From Novosphingobium sp. (GTDB lineage: Bacteria > Pseudomonadota > Alphaproteobacteria > Sphingomonadales > Sphingomonadaceae), in contig JANOGS010000218.1 in NCBI GenBank assembly GCA_031414115.1, positions 1-49,032 of the forward strand: 49,032 bases of DNA. The letters are read 5' to 3'. The notes beneath the pieces were generated by a model. It did no database searches and was not told the origin of the DNA. It was given only the letters and a program-made list of their open reading frames with translations. Of this stretch, positions 18,868-28,602 are shown piece by piece (within the stretch, counting starts at the first letter, position 1; every line of letters begins with the position of its first letter). Made by a program: the position numbers and the translations under genes.

Positions 18868-19236
18868 ATGATCGGTTATGTCACGGTGGGGACCAACGAC
18901 CTGCCACGCGCGGCCAAGTTCTATGATGCGATCGCCGCCGAGATGGGCACGGCACGGATGATGGAGTTCGACACTTTCATCGCCTGGGGTACGCCGGGCG
19001 GCGGCGCGGGAGTGGCAGCAACCAAGCCCTATGATGGCGGCGCTGCGAGTGTCGGCAACGGGGTGATGGTGGCGCTTGAGGCCCAGGACAGTGCCCAGGT
19101 CGACCGGATCTATGCCATCGCGCTGGCCAACGGCGGCAGCGACGAAGGCCCGCCCGGACCGCGCGGAGACGGGTTCTATGCCGCCTACTTCCGCGATCCC
19201 GACGGCAACAAGCTCAACGCCTTTGTGATGGGCTGA
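18868..19236 (+). CDS. VOC/glyoxalase-bleomycin-resistance family protein (possible MmcA-like)
   Basis: MIGYVTVGTNDL...FYD, GNGVMVAL, YAAYFRDPDGNKL; RBS GAGGAG. Confidence 0.92.
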   Translation: MIGYVTVGTNDLPRAAKFYDAIAAEMGTARMMEFDTFIAWGTPGGGAGVAATKPYDGGAASVGNGVMVALEAQDSAQVDRIYAIALANGGSDEGPPGPRGDGFYAAYFRDPDGNKLNAFVMG

Positions 19237-19289
19237 GCGGCGCGGTTGTGCTCGCTTGCTAAACCTAGTGTGAACACGCTCCCGCCGCT

Positions 19290-19339
19290 GCGACAAATGG
19301 CGACAAATCTCCAGCAATCCGGCATAGTCGCGCGACAAA
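19290..19339 (+). promoter_or_regulatory. Tandem direct repeats GCGACAAA, candidate OmpR-family binding site
   Basis: GCGACAAAT at 19290 and 19300 (10-bp period), third GCGACAAA at 19332. Confidence 0.55.
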
Positions 19340-19445
19340 GCCGGACTAGAGCCAAGGCACGATGTCGCGCGGTGGCTGGCGTCAAGCCCCTCCCCTCCGG
19401 CCGGCCCCGCGCGGCTTCGCCACTTTGCTTACGGGAGTTTGCACC

Positions 19446-20018
19446 ATGAACAGGAAGACTATCGGAATCTCGGCTGCGGTCGCCGCAATCACCGCCGTAC
19501 TGGCCGGGGCCGCGATTGCCCGCGACCACGGCGGGCACATGGATCCGTTCGGCGACAAGACCGTGACCCGCGCCGATGTCCAGTCCCACGCCGCGGCGAT
19601 GTTCGCCAGGCACGATGGCAACAACGACGGCAAGCTCGACATGGCTGACCGCGCCGGACATCACGGCGCGATGTTTGAAAAGCACGACACCAACAATGAC
19701 GGCGCGATCAGCCGCGCCGAGTTCGATGCCGCGCACCGGGGCGGTGAGCGCGGCGAACACCGCAACAAAGGCGAGCATCGCGGCAAAATGGCGATGATGA
19801 TGCTGCACATGGCCGACGCCAACAAGGACCGCGCGGTGAGCAAGGACGAATTCGTCGCCGCCCACGTCGCGATGTTCGTCAAGGCCGATGCCGACAAAGA
19901 CGGCAAGGTAACCAAAGCCGAACGCCAGGCCGCCCATGCCAAGCTGCGCGAGCATATGAAAGGCATGCGCGGCGGGCACGGCGATCACGGCCCAGGCGCC
20001 GCGCCGACCGCCAGCTGA
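19446..20018 (+). CDS. Secreted/periplasmic multi-EF-hand, His/Met-rich protein
   Basis: Signal peptide (MNRKTIGISAAVAAITAVLAGAAIA); EF-hand loops DGNNDGKLD, DTNNDGAISRAE, DANKDRAVSKDE, DADKDGKVTKAE. Confidence 0.9.
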   Translation: MNRKTIGISAAVAAITAVLAGAAIARDHGGHMDPFGDKTVTRADVQSHAAAMFARHDGNNDGKLDMADRAGHHGAMFEKHDTNNDGAISRAEFDAAHRGGERGEHRNKGEHRGKMAMMMLHMADANKDRAVSKDEFVAAHVAMFVKADADKDGKVTKAERQAAHAKLREHMKGMRGGHGDHGPGAAPTAS

Positions 20019-20039
20019 GCGGCTATCAGCCGGACACCC

Positions 20040-20774
20040 ATGAACGAAGCGGCTTCCACCCGCCTGCTGCTGGTCGATGACGAAGCGGCCTTGCGCGACC
20101 CCCTGGCCGAGTATCTCTCGCGCCTGGGGTTCGCGGTTCGTCTGGCCGCGAGTGCTGCCGAAGCGCGCAGCCGGCTGCGCGAGGAACTGCCCGATCTGGT
20201 GCTGCTCGACATCATGATGCCGGGCGAGGATGGCCTTTCGCTGTGCCGCCACCTGGCCGAGAGCCAGGCGGTTCCCACCATCCTGCTGACCGCGCGGGGC
20301 GAAGCGACCGACCGGATTGTCGGGCTGGAAATCGGCGCCGACGACTATGTGGTCAAACCCTTCGAACCGCGCGAACTGGTTGCCCGAATCCGCTCGGTCT
20401 TGCGCCGCGCGGCCAAAGGCGGAAGCGCTCCCATCGAAGACGAGCTGTTTGAATTCGAGGGCTGGCGGCTCGATCCGCTCAAGCGCCGGCTGAGCAATCC
20501 CGAAGGCGCATTGGTGGCGATATCTTCGGCCGAATTCCGGCTGCTGATGGCCTTCCTCGAGCATCCCCGCCAGGTGCTTGACCGCGACCGCCTGCTCGAC
20601 CTGGTCCAGGGCCGCGAGGCCCACCTGTTCGATCGCGCGGTTGACAACCAGATCAGCCGCCTGCGCCGCAAGATCGAAGTCGACAGCCGCAATCCCGCCC
20701 TGATCCAGACGGTCTGGGGCGGCGGCTATCTGCTCGCCGCCGACGTCCGCCGGGTTAGCCCGGACCAGGGCTGA
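20040..20774 (+). CDS. OmpR-family response regulator
   Basis: LLVDDE, LLDIMMPGEDG, GADDYVVKPF, winged helix (DRAVDNQISRLRRKIE, TVWGGGY). Confidence 0.96.
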   Translation: MNEAASTRLLLVDDEAALRDPLAEYLSRLGFAVRLAASAAEARSRLREELPDLVLLDIMMPGEDGLSLCRHLAESQAVPTILLTARGEATDRIVGLEIGADDYVVKPFEPRELVARIRSVLRRAAKGGSAPIEDELFEFEGWRLDPLKRRLSNPEGALVAISSAEFRLLMAFLEHPRQVLDRDRLLDLVQGREAHLFDRAVDNQISRLRRKIEVDSRNPALIQTVWGGGYLLAADVRRVSPDQG

Positions 20775-22189
20775 TGCGCGCTTTCCTTCGCCGCCTGTGG
20801 CCGCGCAGCCTGCAGGGCCAGCTGCTGTTGGCCGTGGCCGGCGCGCTGCTGCTGGCCCAGGCGATCAGCGCGGCGCTGCTCTATCGCGCCGGGGCCGAGC
20901 GGCGCGAAGCGGCGCTGGTCCATGCCGCCGCGATCCGCCTGTTCGCCGCCCAGCACGAAGCGGGCATGCTTGCCCGTCTCGGCCGCGATCCGCCGGACTA
21001 TCTCGCCGCTGCACGCCGCTTCAAGGTCGAGCGTTCCGCGCAGAGCCCGCTGCGCGCCGGCGAGGTGCGCCGGACCCGCGCCGAGCAGGAACTGCGCGAC
21101 ATCCTGGCCGGCCAGGGCACCGCGCCAAACCAGGTACAGGTGGTCTTCCGGCCGCTGCGCGACGATCCGCAGCTCGCGCGCCATGCCGCGCACCGCGCCG
21201 GGATGCTCGGCCGGCGGCGGACCCGCGGATCCCGTGAGATGATTCTCGCCGCGGTCGAACAGGGCAAGGGGACGGGCTGGATTGTGGTGCGAATTCCAGT
21301 GCCGCCGGGCGACCGCGCGCTAACGGCGACGCTGATCGTCCAGACCCTGCTGCTCTATGCCCTGCTGGTCGGCGCGATCGCGCTGATCCTCAGGCGGATG
21401 ACCCGGCCGCTCGCGGCGCTGACCGCCCGGCTCGAACGCTTCGCCGAAACCCGCGATGCCAGCGGGCAATTGCCGCCGCAGGGGCCCGACGACCTGCGCC
21501 GGCTGATCGCGGCACACAACGCGATGGAAGACCGGATCGCCGCGCTGCTCGATGAGAAGGACGTGATGCTCGGCGCGATCGGGCACGACCTCAAGACGCC
21601 TTTGGCAGCCTTGCGGGTGCGGATCGAGAGTGTCGAGGATGAAACCGAGCGCGGCAAGATGGCCGCGACGATCGAGGATATCACCCGCAGCCTCGACGAC
21701 ATCCTCAGCCTCGCCCGGGTCGGCCGTCCCAGCGACCCGCGCGAACCGGCCGAACTCACGGCGCTGATCGCCAGCCTGGTCGACGAATACGAGGACATGG
21801 GCGAGCCGGTGACCTTCAGCGACAGCCCGCGGCTTGCCGCGCCGGTGCGGGTCACCTGGCTGCGCCGGGGCTTGCGCAACCTGATTGGCAATGCCCTGCG
21901 CTATGGCCAGAGCGCGCGGCTCAGTCTGGTCCGCGAGGGCGATACTGCGGTGATCCGGGTCGAGGACGACGGGCCGGGCATTCCCGAGGACCAGATCGCG
22001 GCGATGCTCGAACCCTTCACGCGCGGCGAGCCTTCGCGCAACAGCGAGACCGGCGGGGCCGGGCTGGGGCTCACTCTCGCCCGGGCAATCGCCGAGCAAC
22101 ACGGCGGCGCTTTGCAGCTGGCCAACCGCCGAAGCGCTTCTGGCCAAATCGCCGGGCTAACCGCGACTTTGTCCCTGCCGCTTACTTGA
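20774..22189 (+). CDS. Sensor histidine kinase (2 TM, HAMP, HisKA, HATPase)
   Basis: GHDLKTPL H-box, NLIGNALRYG, DDGPGIP, GAGLGL; TGATG coupling to the regulator. Confidence 0.96.
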   Translation: MRAFLRRLWPRSLQGQLLLAVAGALLLAQAISAALLYRAGAERREAALVHAAAIRLFAAQHEAGMLARLGRDPPDYLAAARRFKVERSAQSPLRAGEVRRTRAEQELRDILAGQGTAPNQVQVVFRPLRDDPQLARHAAHRAGMLGRRRTRGSREMILAAVEQGKGTGWIVVRIPVPPGDRALTATLIVQTLLLYALLVGAIALILRRMTRPLAALTARLERFAETRDASGQLPPQGPDDLRRLIAAHNAMEDRIAALLDEKDVMLGAIGHDLKTPLAALRVRIESVEDETERGKMAATIEDITRSLDDILSLARVGRPSDPREPAELTALIASLVDEYEDMGEPVTFSDSPRLAAPVRVTWLRRGLRNLIGNALRYGQSARLSLVREGDTAVIRVEDDGPGIPEDQIAAMLEPFTRGEPSRNSETGGAGLGLTLARAIAEQHGGALQLANRRSASGQIAGLTATLSLPLT

Positions 22190-24860
22190 GCTTCGCCATT
22201 GCCGCCGAGAATTCAGCACTGCGCGCGTCCTTGAGAACCCCGCAGGCGCGGACCCGTTCGATCGTCCGCGCCAGATCGAGCGAACCGGTCTTCCCGGCCA
22301 GCTTGGGGCCGAGCAGCGCCGCGATCTCATCCGCCTTTTCGGCCGAACAGAACCCGCCGACCATCGACGGCAACCGCGAGGTGAAGAAGATCCCGCCGCC
22401 GCCGCTGGTCAGTTCGTCAAAATGGACCTTGAGCCAGGCGAAGCCATAGTCGCGGGTTTCGCGAGTGCTGATCACGCCGCGGGCCAGATCGAGCCATTCG
22501 CTGCGCCGCAGCCGCGGATCCTTGAATTCCTCGAGCAGCCAGCGCGCCACCGCGGGGTCACCGGCGTCGGCCACGGCCGCCAGCGCGGCGGGGCGGAACA
22601 CCGGGTCTTCAGAAGCCAGCGCCAGATCGGTCAGGCGTTTCGCGCCGTCAAGACCGCCCTGGCCCAGCCAGATATCGAACGCGAGGCCGAACCAGGTGGG
22701 ATCGAGCGCCGCCTTGTCACCGCCCAGCCAGGCCGCTGCGGCATCGCTCAATTGCTTGCGCAGCGCCGGATCCTTGGCATTCGCAGCCAGCCGCGCCACA
22801 ACCTGCTCGCGGGTTTGCGAGCGTTCCGGATCCTCGCCCTGATAGGCGCCGGTGCGTGGATTGAAGCCCAGCTGCGCCAGCTGCGGCGCGAAGGCCCGCC
22901 GGATGAAGCGACGGTATCCAGCCTTGCCCGCCTCATCCAGCATCCCGGCCCGGTCGAACCACATCAACGAGCCGATCCCCGCTTCGGCGGCATAGCTGTC
23001 CGGGTTGGAAGAGAGATTGCGGGCCAGCGCGATCATCTGGCGCGGCTGGGCCCGCCCGGCGAGCAGGCTGGCAAAAAGCGAATCGTCAAGCGCCAGCGCT
23101 TCACCGCCGGGCAAACGGCTGGCCACGGCGATCAGCGCGTCCCAGTCCTTTCTGGGCAGCTCGAACCGGTAATAGCCGGTCCCCCCGGCGTTGGGCACCA
23201 GCGCGCCCTTGCCCTTGGGCGTGATGGTCATCGCGGCCTCGGCGAGCAGCTGGCACTGCTGCTCTGCCTTGAGCGGCCGCACGCACAGCGGGATGCCCCA
23301 GCGGATCGGCGGCGGCGTTGCACCCAGCCGGGCATAACGGCTCTGCGTCGCCGCCCAGGTGCCGCGCTTGCCGCGGGCAAAAGTTACCAGCGGCACGCCC
23401 TGCTGATCGGTGAAGCTCTGCATCGCCGGCACGATCCGGGGATCGCCGGCAGCCTCGGCCATCGCCGCAAAGAAATCGGTGCTGGTGGCGCTGCCATACA
23501 TATGTGCAGCCATGTAGCGACGCACTCCGTCGCGGAACTTGGTATCGCCCATATAGCCCGCAACCATCGCCACCACGTGGCTGCCCTTGCCGTAAGTGAT
23601 GGTATCAAACGCCTCGTCGATCTGGGCGTTGCTCTCGATCGGTTGGTGAATCGCCCGGCCCGCCACCAAGGCGTCGGTGTTCATCGCGCCGAAGCCTTCG
23701 GCCAGCGCTCCGGCGCCAATGTTGAGATCGCGCCGCCACTCGTGGCCGATGCGGTAGCCCATCCAGTTGGCGAAACTCTCATTCAGCCAGATATCGTCCC
23801 ACCACGCCGGAGTGACGAGATCGCCAAACCACTGGTGCGCCAGTTCGTGGCTGACGATCATGCCGAAATTGCGCTTCTGGCCGGTCGGCGCTGCCTCATC
23901 CATGATCAGGATCGGGTCGGCATAGAGATCGGCCCCGGCGTTCTCCATCGCTCCGGGCAGGATCGGCGTGGTGATCTGGTCGAGCTTGGGATAGGGGAAG
24001 CCTTGGGCGAAGTAGCTTTCAAGGTGGGTGATTATCCCCTTGGTACCCTCAAGCGCGAAGCGCATCTTGTCCGCGTTCTGCTTCGTGGTGACAATCCGGA
24101 TCGGCAGCGGCGCTGCGCGCTGCGCGGTCGGCGACACGGTTCCCTCCAATGTCGCGAACGGCCCGACCATCATCGCCATCAGGTAGGTCGGCAGCGGCAG
24201 AGTCGGGGCATAGCGGTGGACGTCATAGCCGGCCTCTGGCGTCGTCGAGAGCTGCGGCGCATTGCTCACTGCGGTCAGACCCGGCGGGGTCCGCAGGGTG
24301 ACCGTGAAAGGCGTCTTGAAGCCGGGCTCGTCAAACCCGGGAAAAGCGGCGCGGGCGTCGATCGACTGGAACTGGGTCCACGAATACCAGTGCTCGCCAA
24401 CCTTGACCCGGAACATCCCCGCAGGCCCGCTCTGGAAGGCGGCGTCATAATCGAACACCAGCGTGACCGGGCCAGCCGGCAGCTCGGCATCGAAGACCAG
24501 GCGGGCAACGCCGCTGGGATCGAGCTCGGACCAGCGCGCCGGGTAGGTCTTGCCGCCCGTGATCGCGACGATCCGGGTCATCGCCAGATCGCGGCCGTGA
24601 AGATCGATGAACCGGGCCGCGCGGGTCAGTTCGGCGTCAATCTCGACATGGCCGGTGAAGCGCTCTTTCGCGGGATCGACCGTCAGGTCGAGCCGGTAGG
24701 CGAGCGGACGGGCAGCGTCGGTAAGCTTGCCAGGCGGGACCGGCGCCAGCGCGGCGGCATCGGCGGCGGCATCGGCGGCGGCAGGCACCTGAACTTCGGC
24801 TGCGGCGGGCGCAGCGAAAGCAAACGAAAGGGCAGAAGCGGCAAGCAGCAATGAGCGCAT
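22182..24860 (-). CDS. Secreted M1-family aminopeptidase (ERAP1-like C-terminus)
   Basis: Signal peptide, ARAAFPGFDEP, GAMEN, HELAHQWFGDLVT...WLNESFA, ITYGKG. Confidence 0.95.
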   Translation of the reverse strand: MRSLLLAASALSFAFAAPAAAEVQVPAAADAAADAAALAPVPPGKLTDAARPLAYRLDLTVDPAKERFTGHVEIDAELTRAARFIDLHGRDLAMTRIVAITGGKTYPARWSELDPSGVARLVFDAELPAGPVTLVFDYDAAFQSGPAGMFRVKVGEHWYSWTQFQSIDARAAFPGFDEPGFKTPFTVTLRTPPGLTAVSNAPQLSTTPEAGYDVHRYAPTLPLPTYLMAMMVGPFATLEGTVSPTAQRAAPLPIRIVTTKQNADKMRFALEGTKGIITHLESYFAQGFPYPKLDQITTPILPGAMENAGADLYADPILIMDEAAPTGQKRNFGMIVSHELAHQWFGDLVTPAWWDDIWLNESFANWMGYRIGHEWRRDLNIGAGALAEGFGAMNTDALVAGRAIHQPIESNAQIDEAFDTITYGKGSHVVAMVAGYMGDTKFRDGVRRYMAAHMYGSATSTDFFAAMAEAAGDPRIVPAMQSFTDQQGVPLVTFARGKRGTWAATQSRYARLGATPPPIRWGIPLCVRPLKAEQQCQLLAEAAMTITPKGKGALVPNAGGTGYYRFELPRKDWDALIAVASRLPGGEALALDDSLFASLLAGRAQPRQMIALARNLSSNPDSYAAEAGIGSLMWFDRAGMLDEAGKAGYRRFIRRAFAPQLAQLGFNPRTGAYQGEDPERSQTREQVVARLAANAKDPALRKQLSDAAAAWLGGDKAALDPTWFGLAFDIWLGQGGLDGAKRLTDLALASEDPVFRPAALAAVADAGDPAVARWLLEEFKDPRLRRSEWLDLARGVISTRETRDYGFAWLKVHFDELTSGGGGIFFTSRLPSMVGGFCSAEKADEIAALLGPKLAGKTGSLDLARTIERVRACGVLKDARSAEFSAAMAKLK

Positions 24861-24967
24861 CGGAAATTCCAGACGTTGAAGGCGACCTATGTCGCCCGCC
24901 AACACCCGAATTTCGTTACAATTGCAACCGCCGGGATCGACGAAACGTCAACTTCCCCCGACCGGGG

Positions 24968-26542
24968 TCAACGCAGCAGCCCGCCAAGCAGGCCGCGGGC
25001 AAACCGCCCCAGCATCGCCCCGCCCAGCGCGGTGCCGATCGCGCCGGCCGCCGCGCTGGCTGCCGAAGCCCCGACATTGCCGGTCGAGCGCTTGCCGGTC
25101 ATGTTGCGCGCGATCATCGTTCCGGCCGAGGCCGCAGCAGCCCCGAATGCGGCCTTGCCGGCCCGTTCCCACATGCTGGGGGTTTGCCGCGGCTGGGCGC
25201 GCTGGGCTTCCTCACCCTGCTGTTCGACCACCTGCGCGGCGGCGGCGGCGTCCGTGGCCTTCTGCGCCAGTATTTCCGCGGCGCTCTCACGGTCCACGAG
25301 AGTATCGTACTTGCCGTCGAACGGGCTGATCGACTGGATGATCGCGCGCTCCTTGGGGCTCACTGGCCCCAGCCGCGAGCGCGGCGGCGCTACCAGGGTG
25401 CGCTGGACCACGCCGGGTGCGCCCTCTTCATCGAGCGTCGAAACCAGCGCCTCGCCGACCTTGAGCTCGGTGATCGCGGTTTCGACATCGAAATCCTTGT
25501 TGATCCGGAAGGTCTCGGCCGCAGCCCGGATCGCCTTCTGGTCGCGCGGCGTGAAGGCGCGCAAGGCGTGCTGGACGCGGTTGCCGAGCTGGCCGGCAAT
25601 CTTGTCGGGGATGTCGATCGGGTTCTGGGTGATGAAGAACACGCCAACGCCCTTGGAGCGGATCAGCCGCACGACCTGTTCGATCTTCTCGAACAAGGCC
25701 TGCGGGGCATCCTCGAACAGCAGGTGCGCCTCGTCGAAGAAGAACACCAGCTTGGGCTTTTCGACATCGCCTACCTCGGGCAGCGCTTCGAACAGTTCGG
25801 ACAGCAGATAGAGCAGGAAGGTGGCGTAGAGCTTTGGGCTCTGCATCAGCCGGTCGGCGGCGAGGACATTGACCACGCCCTTGCCGTTCTCATCGACCCG
25901 AATGAAATCGTGAACCTCGAAAGCGGGCTCGCCGAAGAACCTGTCGGCGCCTTGGCTTTCGAACGACAGCAGCTGGCGCTGGATCGTCCCGACCGAGGCC
26001 TTGGAGATGTTGCCATAAGTGCTGGCCAGCTCGCTGGCATTCTCGGCACAGGTCATCAGTACCTGTTGCAGGTCGTCGAAATCGAGCAGCAGCAGGCCGT
26101 TGTCGTCGGCCCATTTGAAGGCCACGGTCAACACGCCCTCTTGCGTGTCGTTGAGCCCCATCAGCCGGCTCAGCAGCAGCGGGCCCATTTCCGAAACGGT
26201 GGTGCGGATCGGGTGGCCTTGTTCGCCATAGAGGTCCCAGAACACCGCCGGATTGTCGCGATAGGCATAATCGCTGATCCCGACCTCCTTGGCCCGCGCC
26301 TCAAGCTTGTCGGCGTGCTTGAACTCAGAACTGCCGGCCATCGCGATCCCGGCGAGATCGCCCTTCACGTCGGCCATGAACACCGGCACGCCGGCCGCCG
26401 AGAACTGCTCGGCCAGGGTTTGCAGCGTCACGGTCTTGCCGGTGCCGGTGGCGCCCGCGATCAGCCCGTGGCGGTTGGCGCGGCTGAGCAGGAGGTGCTG
26501 GCGCGCTCCGTTCGAAGCAAGGCCGATGAAGATGTCTTCCAT
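24968..26542 (-). CDS. HerA-like ATPase (DUF853/YjgR family)
   Basis: [62 protein letters not shown]. Confidence 0.93.
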   Translation of the reverse strand: MEDIFIGLASNGARQHLLLSRANRHGLIAGATGTGKTVTLQTLAEQFSAAGVPVFMADVKGDLAGIAMAGSSEFKHADKLEARAKEVGISDYAYRDNPAVFWDLYGEQGHPIRTTVSEMGPLLLSRLMGLNDTQEGVLTVAFKWADDNGLLLLDFDDLQQVLMTCAENASELASTYGNISKASVGTIQRQLLSFESQGADRFFGEPAFEVHDFIRVDENGKGVVNVLAADRLMQSPKLYATFLLYLLSELFEALPEVGDVEKPKLVFFFDEAHLLFEDAPQALFEKIEQVVRLIRSKGVGVFFITQNPIDIPDKIAGQLGNRVQHALRAFTPRDQKAIRAAAETFRINKDFDVETAITELKVGEALVSTLDEEGAPGVVQRTLVAPPRSRLGPVSPKERAIIQSISPFDGKYDTLVDRESAAEILAQKATDAAAAAQVVEQQGEEAQRAQPRQTPSMWERAGKAAFGAAAASAGTMIARNMTGKRSTGNVGASAASAAAGAIGTALGGAMLGRFARGLLGGLLR

Positions 26543-26650
26543 GTTTTGCGTCCCATACCGAATCTGTCCTGAGCCGGGATAGGGCGCCCCAAGCGCCTAT
26601 GCGAGAGGCTTTTTGCATGTCGCGCCATGCCTCGCTAGAAGCGCCCCGAA

Positions 26651-28438
26651 ATGACTGGCCCCTTCATCCTGCTCGACGACGCCCGGCCCGAGGGCGCCAG
26701 CGATGCGCGGCTTTATGAAGCTCCGCGCGAAGTGGTGGTGGCGCGCCGCGCCGAACAGGTCGCGCCTGCGCTCGAGCGGCTCGAAGCGCTGCGCGAACAG
26801 GGCCTCGAGCTGGCCGGTTACTTTGCCTACGAGGCCGGCCTGGCGCTGGAGCCCAGGCTGGCCCCGCTGGCCGCCGCGCGGACCGGAGCCGCGGGGCCGC
26901 TGCTGTGGTTCGGTGCCTTCACGGGCTACCAGGCAATCGCCTCGGCCGATGTCCCGGCCTGGCTCGCGGCGCGCGGTGGTGGGGGCCTCGCGCAGGTCGG
27001 TCCGGTCGAACCGCAGATTTCGCCGGGCGGCTATGCCCAGGCCTTCGCCGCGCTGCAGGAAGCCATTGCCGCAGGCGACATCTACCAGGCCAACCTGACC
27101 TTCCCGCTCGCCGGATCCTATCGCGGCGAGCCGCTGGCGCTCTATGCCGCGCTGCGTCCTGCCGCGGGTGCAGGCTATGGCGGGGTGGTGTTCGACGGCA
27201 GCCACTGGCTGCTGTCGTGCTCGCCCGAACTGTTCTTTGCCGAGCGCGATGGCGCGGCCCTGGTCAAGCCGATGAAGGGGACCCGGCCCCGCGGCCGCGA
27301 TCCGGCCGAGGATGCGCGGCTCGCCGCCGAACTGGTCGCCTCTGCAAAGGATCGTGCCGAAAACCTGATGATCGTCGATCTGCTGCGCAACGATCTCAGC
27401 CGGGTCGCCGAGGCCGGCTCTGTCCGGGTCGAGAACGCCTTCGCGGTTGAGACCTACCCGACGCTGCACACCATGACGTCCACCGTCCGCGCGCGGCTGC
27501 AACCCGGCAAGGGCGCGGTCGATATGGTCCGGGCGCTGTTCCCCTGCGGCTCGATCACCGGCGCGCCCAAGATCCGGGCGATGGAGTTGATCAACCAGGT
27601 CGAGCGCGACGCTCGCGGGCCTTACTGCGGGGCGATCGGCAGGATCGATGCCGATGGCGAGGCGGCTTTCAACGTCGCGATCCGCACGCTGCGGCTGACC
27701 CCGGAAGAGAACAACTGCGGCACGGCAGTGCTGGGGATCGGCGGCGCGATTGTTGCCGATTCGGACATGCTGGGCGAATGGCGCGAATGCCTGATCAAGG
27801 GCGGGTTCGTGCGGCTTCACGCCGCCGGCGCCGATCTGATCGAGACCATGCGCTTCACCCCGGATGAGGGCATCGCCCTGCTCGAGCTGCACCTCGAGCG
27901 GATCAAGGCCAGCGCCGCCGAACTGGGCTTTGCCTTCGATCGCCACGCGGTGCGCAACGCGATCCAGGCGTTGTGCTTCGAAGCCGATGCGCCCAGCCGG
28001 GTGCGGCTGGTCGCGGCGCGCAGCGGCGCGATCAGCCTTGAGCTCGGGCACTTGCCCGCGCCGCTGCCCGATCCAGCGCGCTGTGCGGTGCTGCCGCTGC
28101 CGGTCGATTCGGGTGACTGGCGGCTGCGCCACAAAACCAGCGACCGCGGCTTCTATGACGTCGGCCTGCGCGCCGCCAAGGAAGCCGGGGCCAACGAAGG
28201 GCTGTTCGTGCGCGACGACGGGCTGGTGACCGAAGGCTGCATCAGCAATCTGTTCGTCGCGCGCGATGGACGCTTGCTCACCCCGCCCGCCGCGCTGGGC
28301 CTGCTGCCCGGCGTGCTGCGCCGCTCGCTGCTCGAATCTGGCCGCGCGGTGGAGGCCGAGCTGACCCTGGCCGACCTCGCCGATGGTTTCCTGATCGGCA
28401 ATGCGCTGCGAGGGTTGATCCCGGCGGTGTTGCTGTGA
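26651..28438 (+). CDS. pabB: Aminodeoxychorismate synthase component I fused to ADC lyase (PabB-PabC)
   Basis: GDIYQANLT, SPELFF, KPMKGT, KDRAENLMIVDLLRNDL, PCGSITGAPK; C-terminal class IV aminotransferase-like domain (LIETMR, RHKTSDR, TEGCISNLF, LLPGVLR). Confidence 0.93.
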   Translation: MTGPFILLDDARPEGASDARLYEAPREVVVARRAEQVAPALERLEALREQGLELAGYFAYEAGLALEPRLAPLAAARTGAAGPLLWFGAFTGYQAIASADVPAWLAARGGGGLAQVGPVEPQISPGGYAQAFAALQEAIAAGDIYQANLTFPLAGSYRGEPLALYAALRPAAGAGYGGVVFDGSHWLLSCSPELFFAERDGAALVKPMKGTRPRGRDPAEDARLAAELVASAKDRAENLMIVDLLRNDLSRVAEAGSVRVENAFAVETYPTLHTMTSTVRARLQPGKGAVDMVRALFPCGSITGAPKIRAMELINQVERDARGPYCGAIGRIDADGEAAFNVAIRTLRLTPEENNCGTAVLGIGGAIVADSDMLGEWRECLIKGGFVRLHAAGADLIETMRFTPDEGIALLELHLERIKASAAELGFAFDRHAVRNAIQALCFEADAPSRVRLVAARSGAISLELGHLPAPLPDPARCAVLPLPVDSGDWRLRHKTSDRGFYDVGLRAAKEAGANEGLFVRDDGLVTEGCISNLFVARDGRLLTPPAALGLLPGVLRRSLLESGRAVEAELTLADLADGFLIGNALRGLIPAVLL

Positions 28439-28457
28439 GGCTGGGGTTTTTGATGAC

Positions 28458-28602
28458 TCACGCAAAGACGCAAAGGCGCGAAGAGGTTGTGCTTGGCCGA
28501 AGGCCATTTCTCACCGCAAATTCAGCGTTTGACGCGGCCTTGGAATGGGAAAGCGGCGGCGCCGCAATCACGGCCTCTTTGCGTCTTTGCGTCTTTGCGT
28601 GA
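28458..28602. repeat. Octamer-armed palindromic element, copy B (145 bp; CGCAAAGR variant)
   Basis: 28458-28486 matches the reverse complement of 28574-28602 at 27/29; hairpins TGGCC-GAA-GGCCA (28494-28506) and GCGGC-GGC-GCCGC (28553-28565). Confidence 0.88.

Noticed and set aside
22422-24854. 810-aa plus-strand ORF and similar long antisense ORFs (46192-48366, 26597-28507, 16597-18174, 6147-7730, 8126-9625)
   Set aside because: Shadows of well-supported genes on the opposite strand in high-GC DNA; no recognisable motifs.
24968-26542. HerA-like ATPase as part of an anti-phage system
   Set aside because: It has DUF853/YjgR housekeeping-type motifs, host-like composition and no adjacent nuclease or SIR2 partner.
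28545-28601. N-terminal extension of the aminotransferase (MGKRRRRNHGLFASLRLCV)
   Set aside because: It is the translated repeat arm; family similarity begins at ATG 28602.
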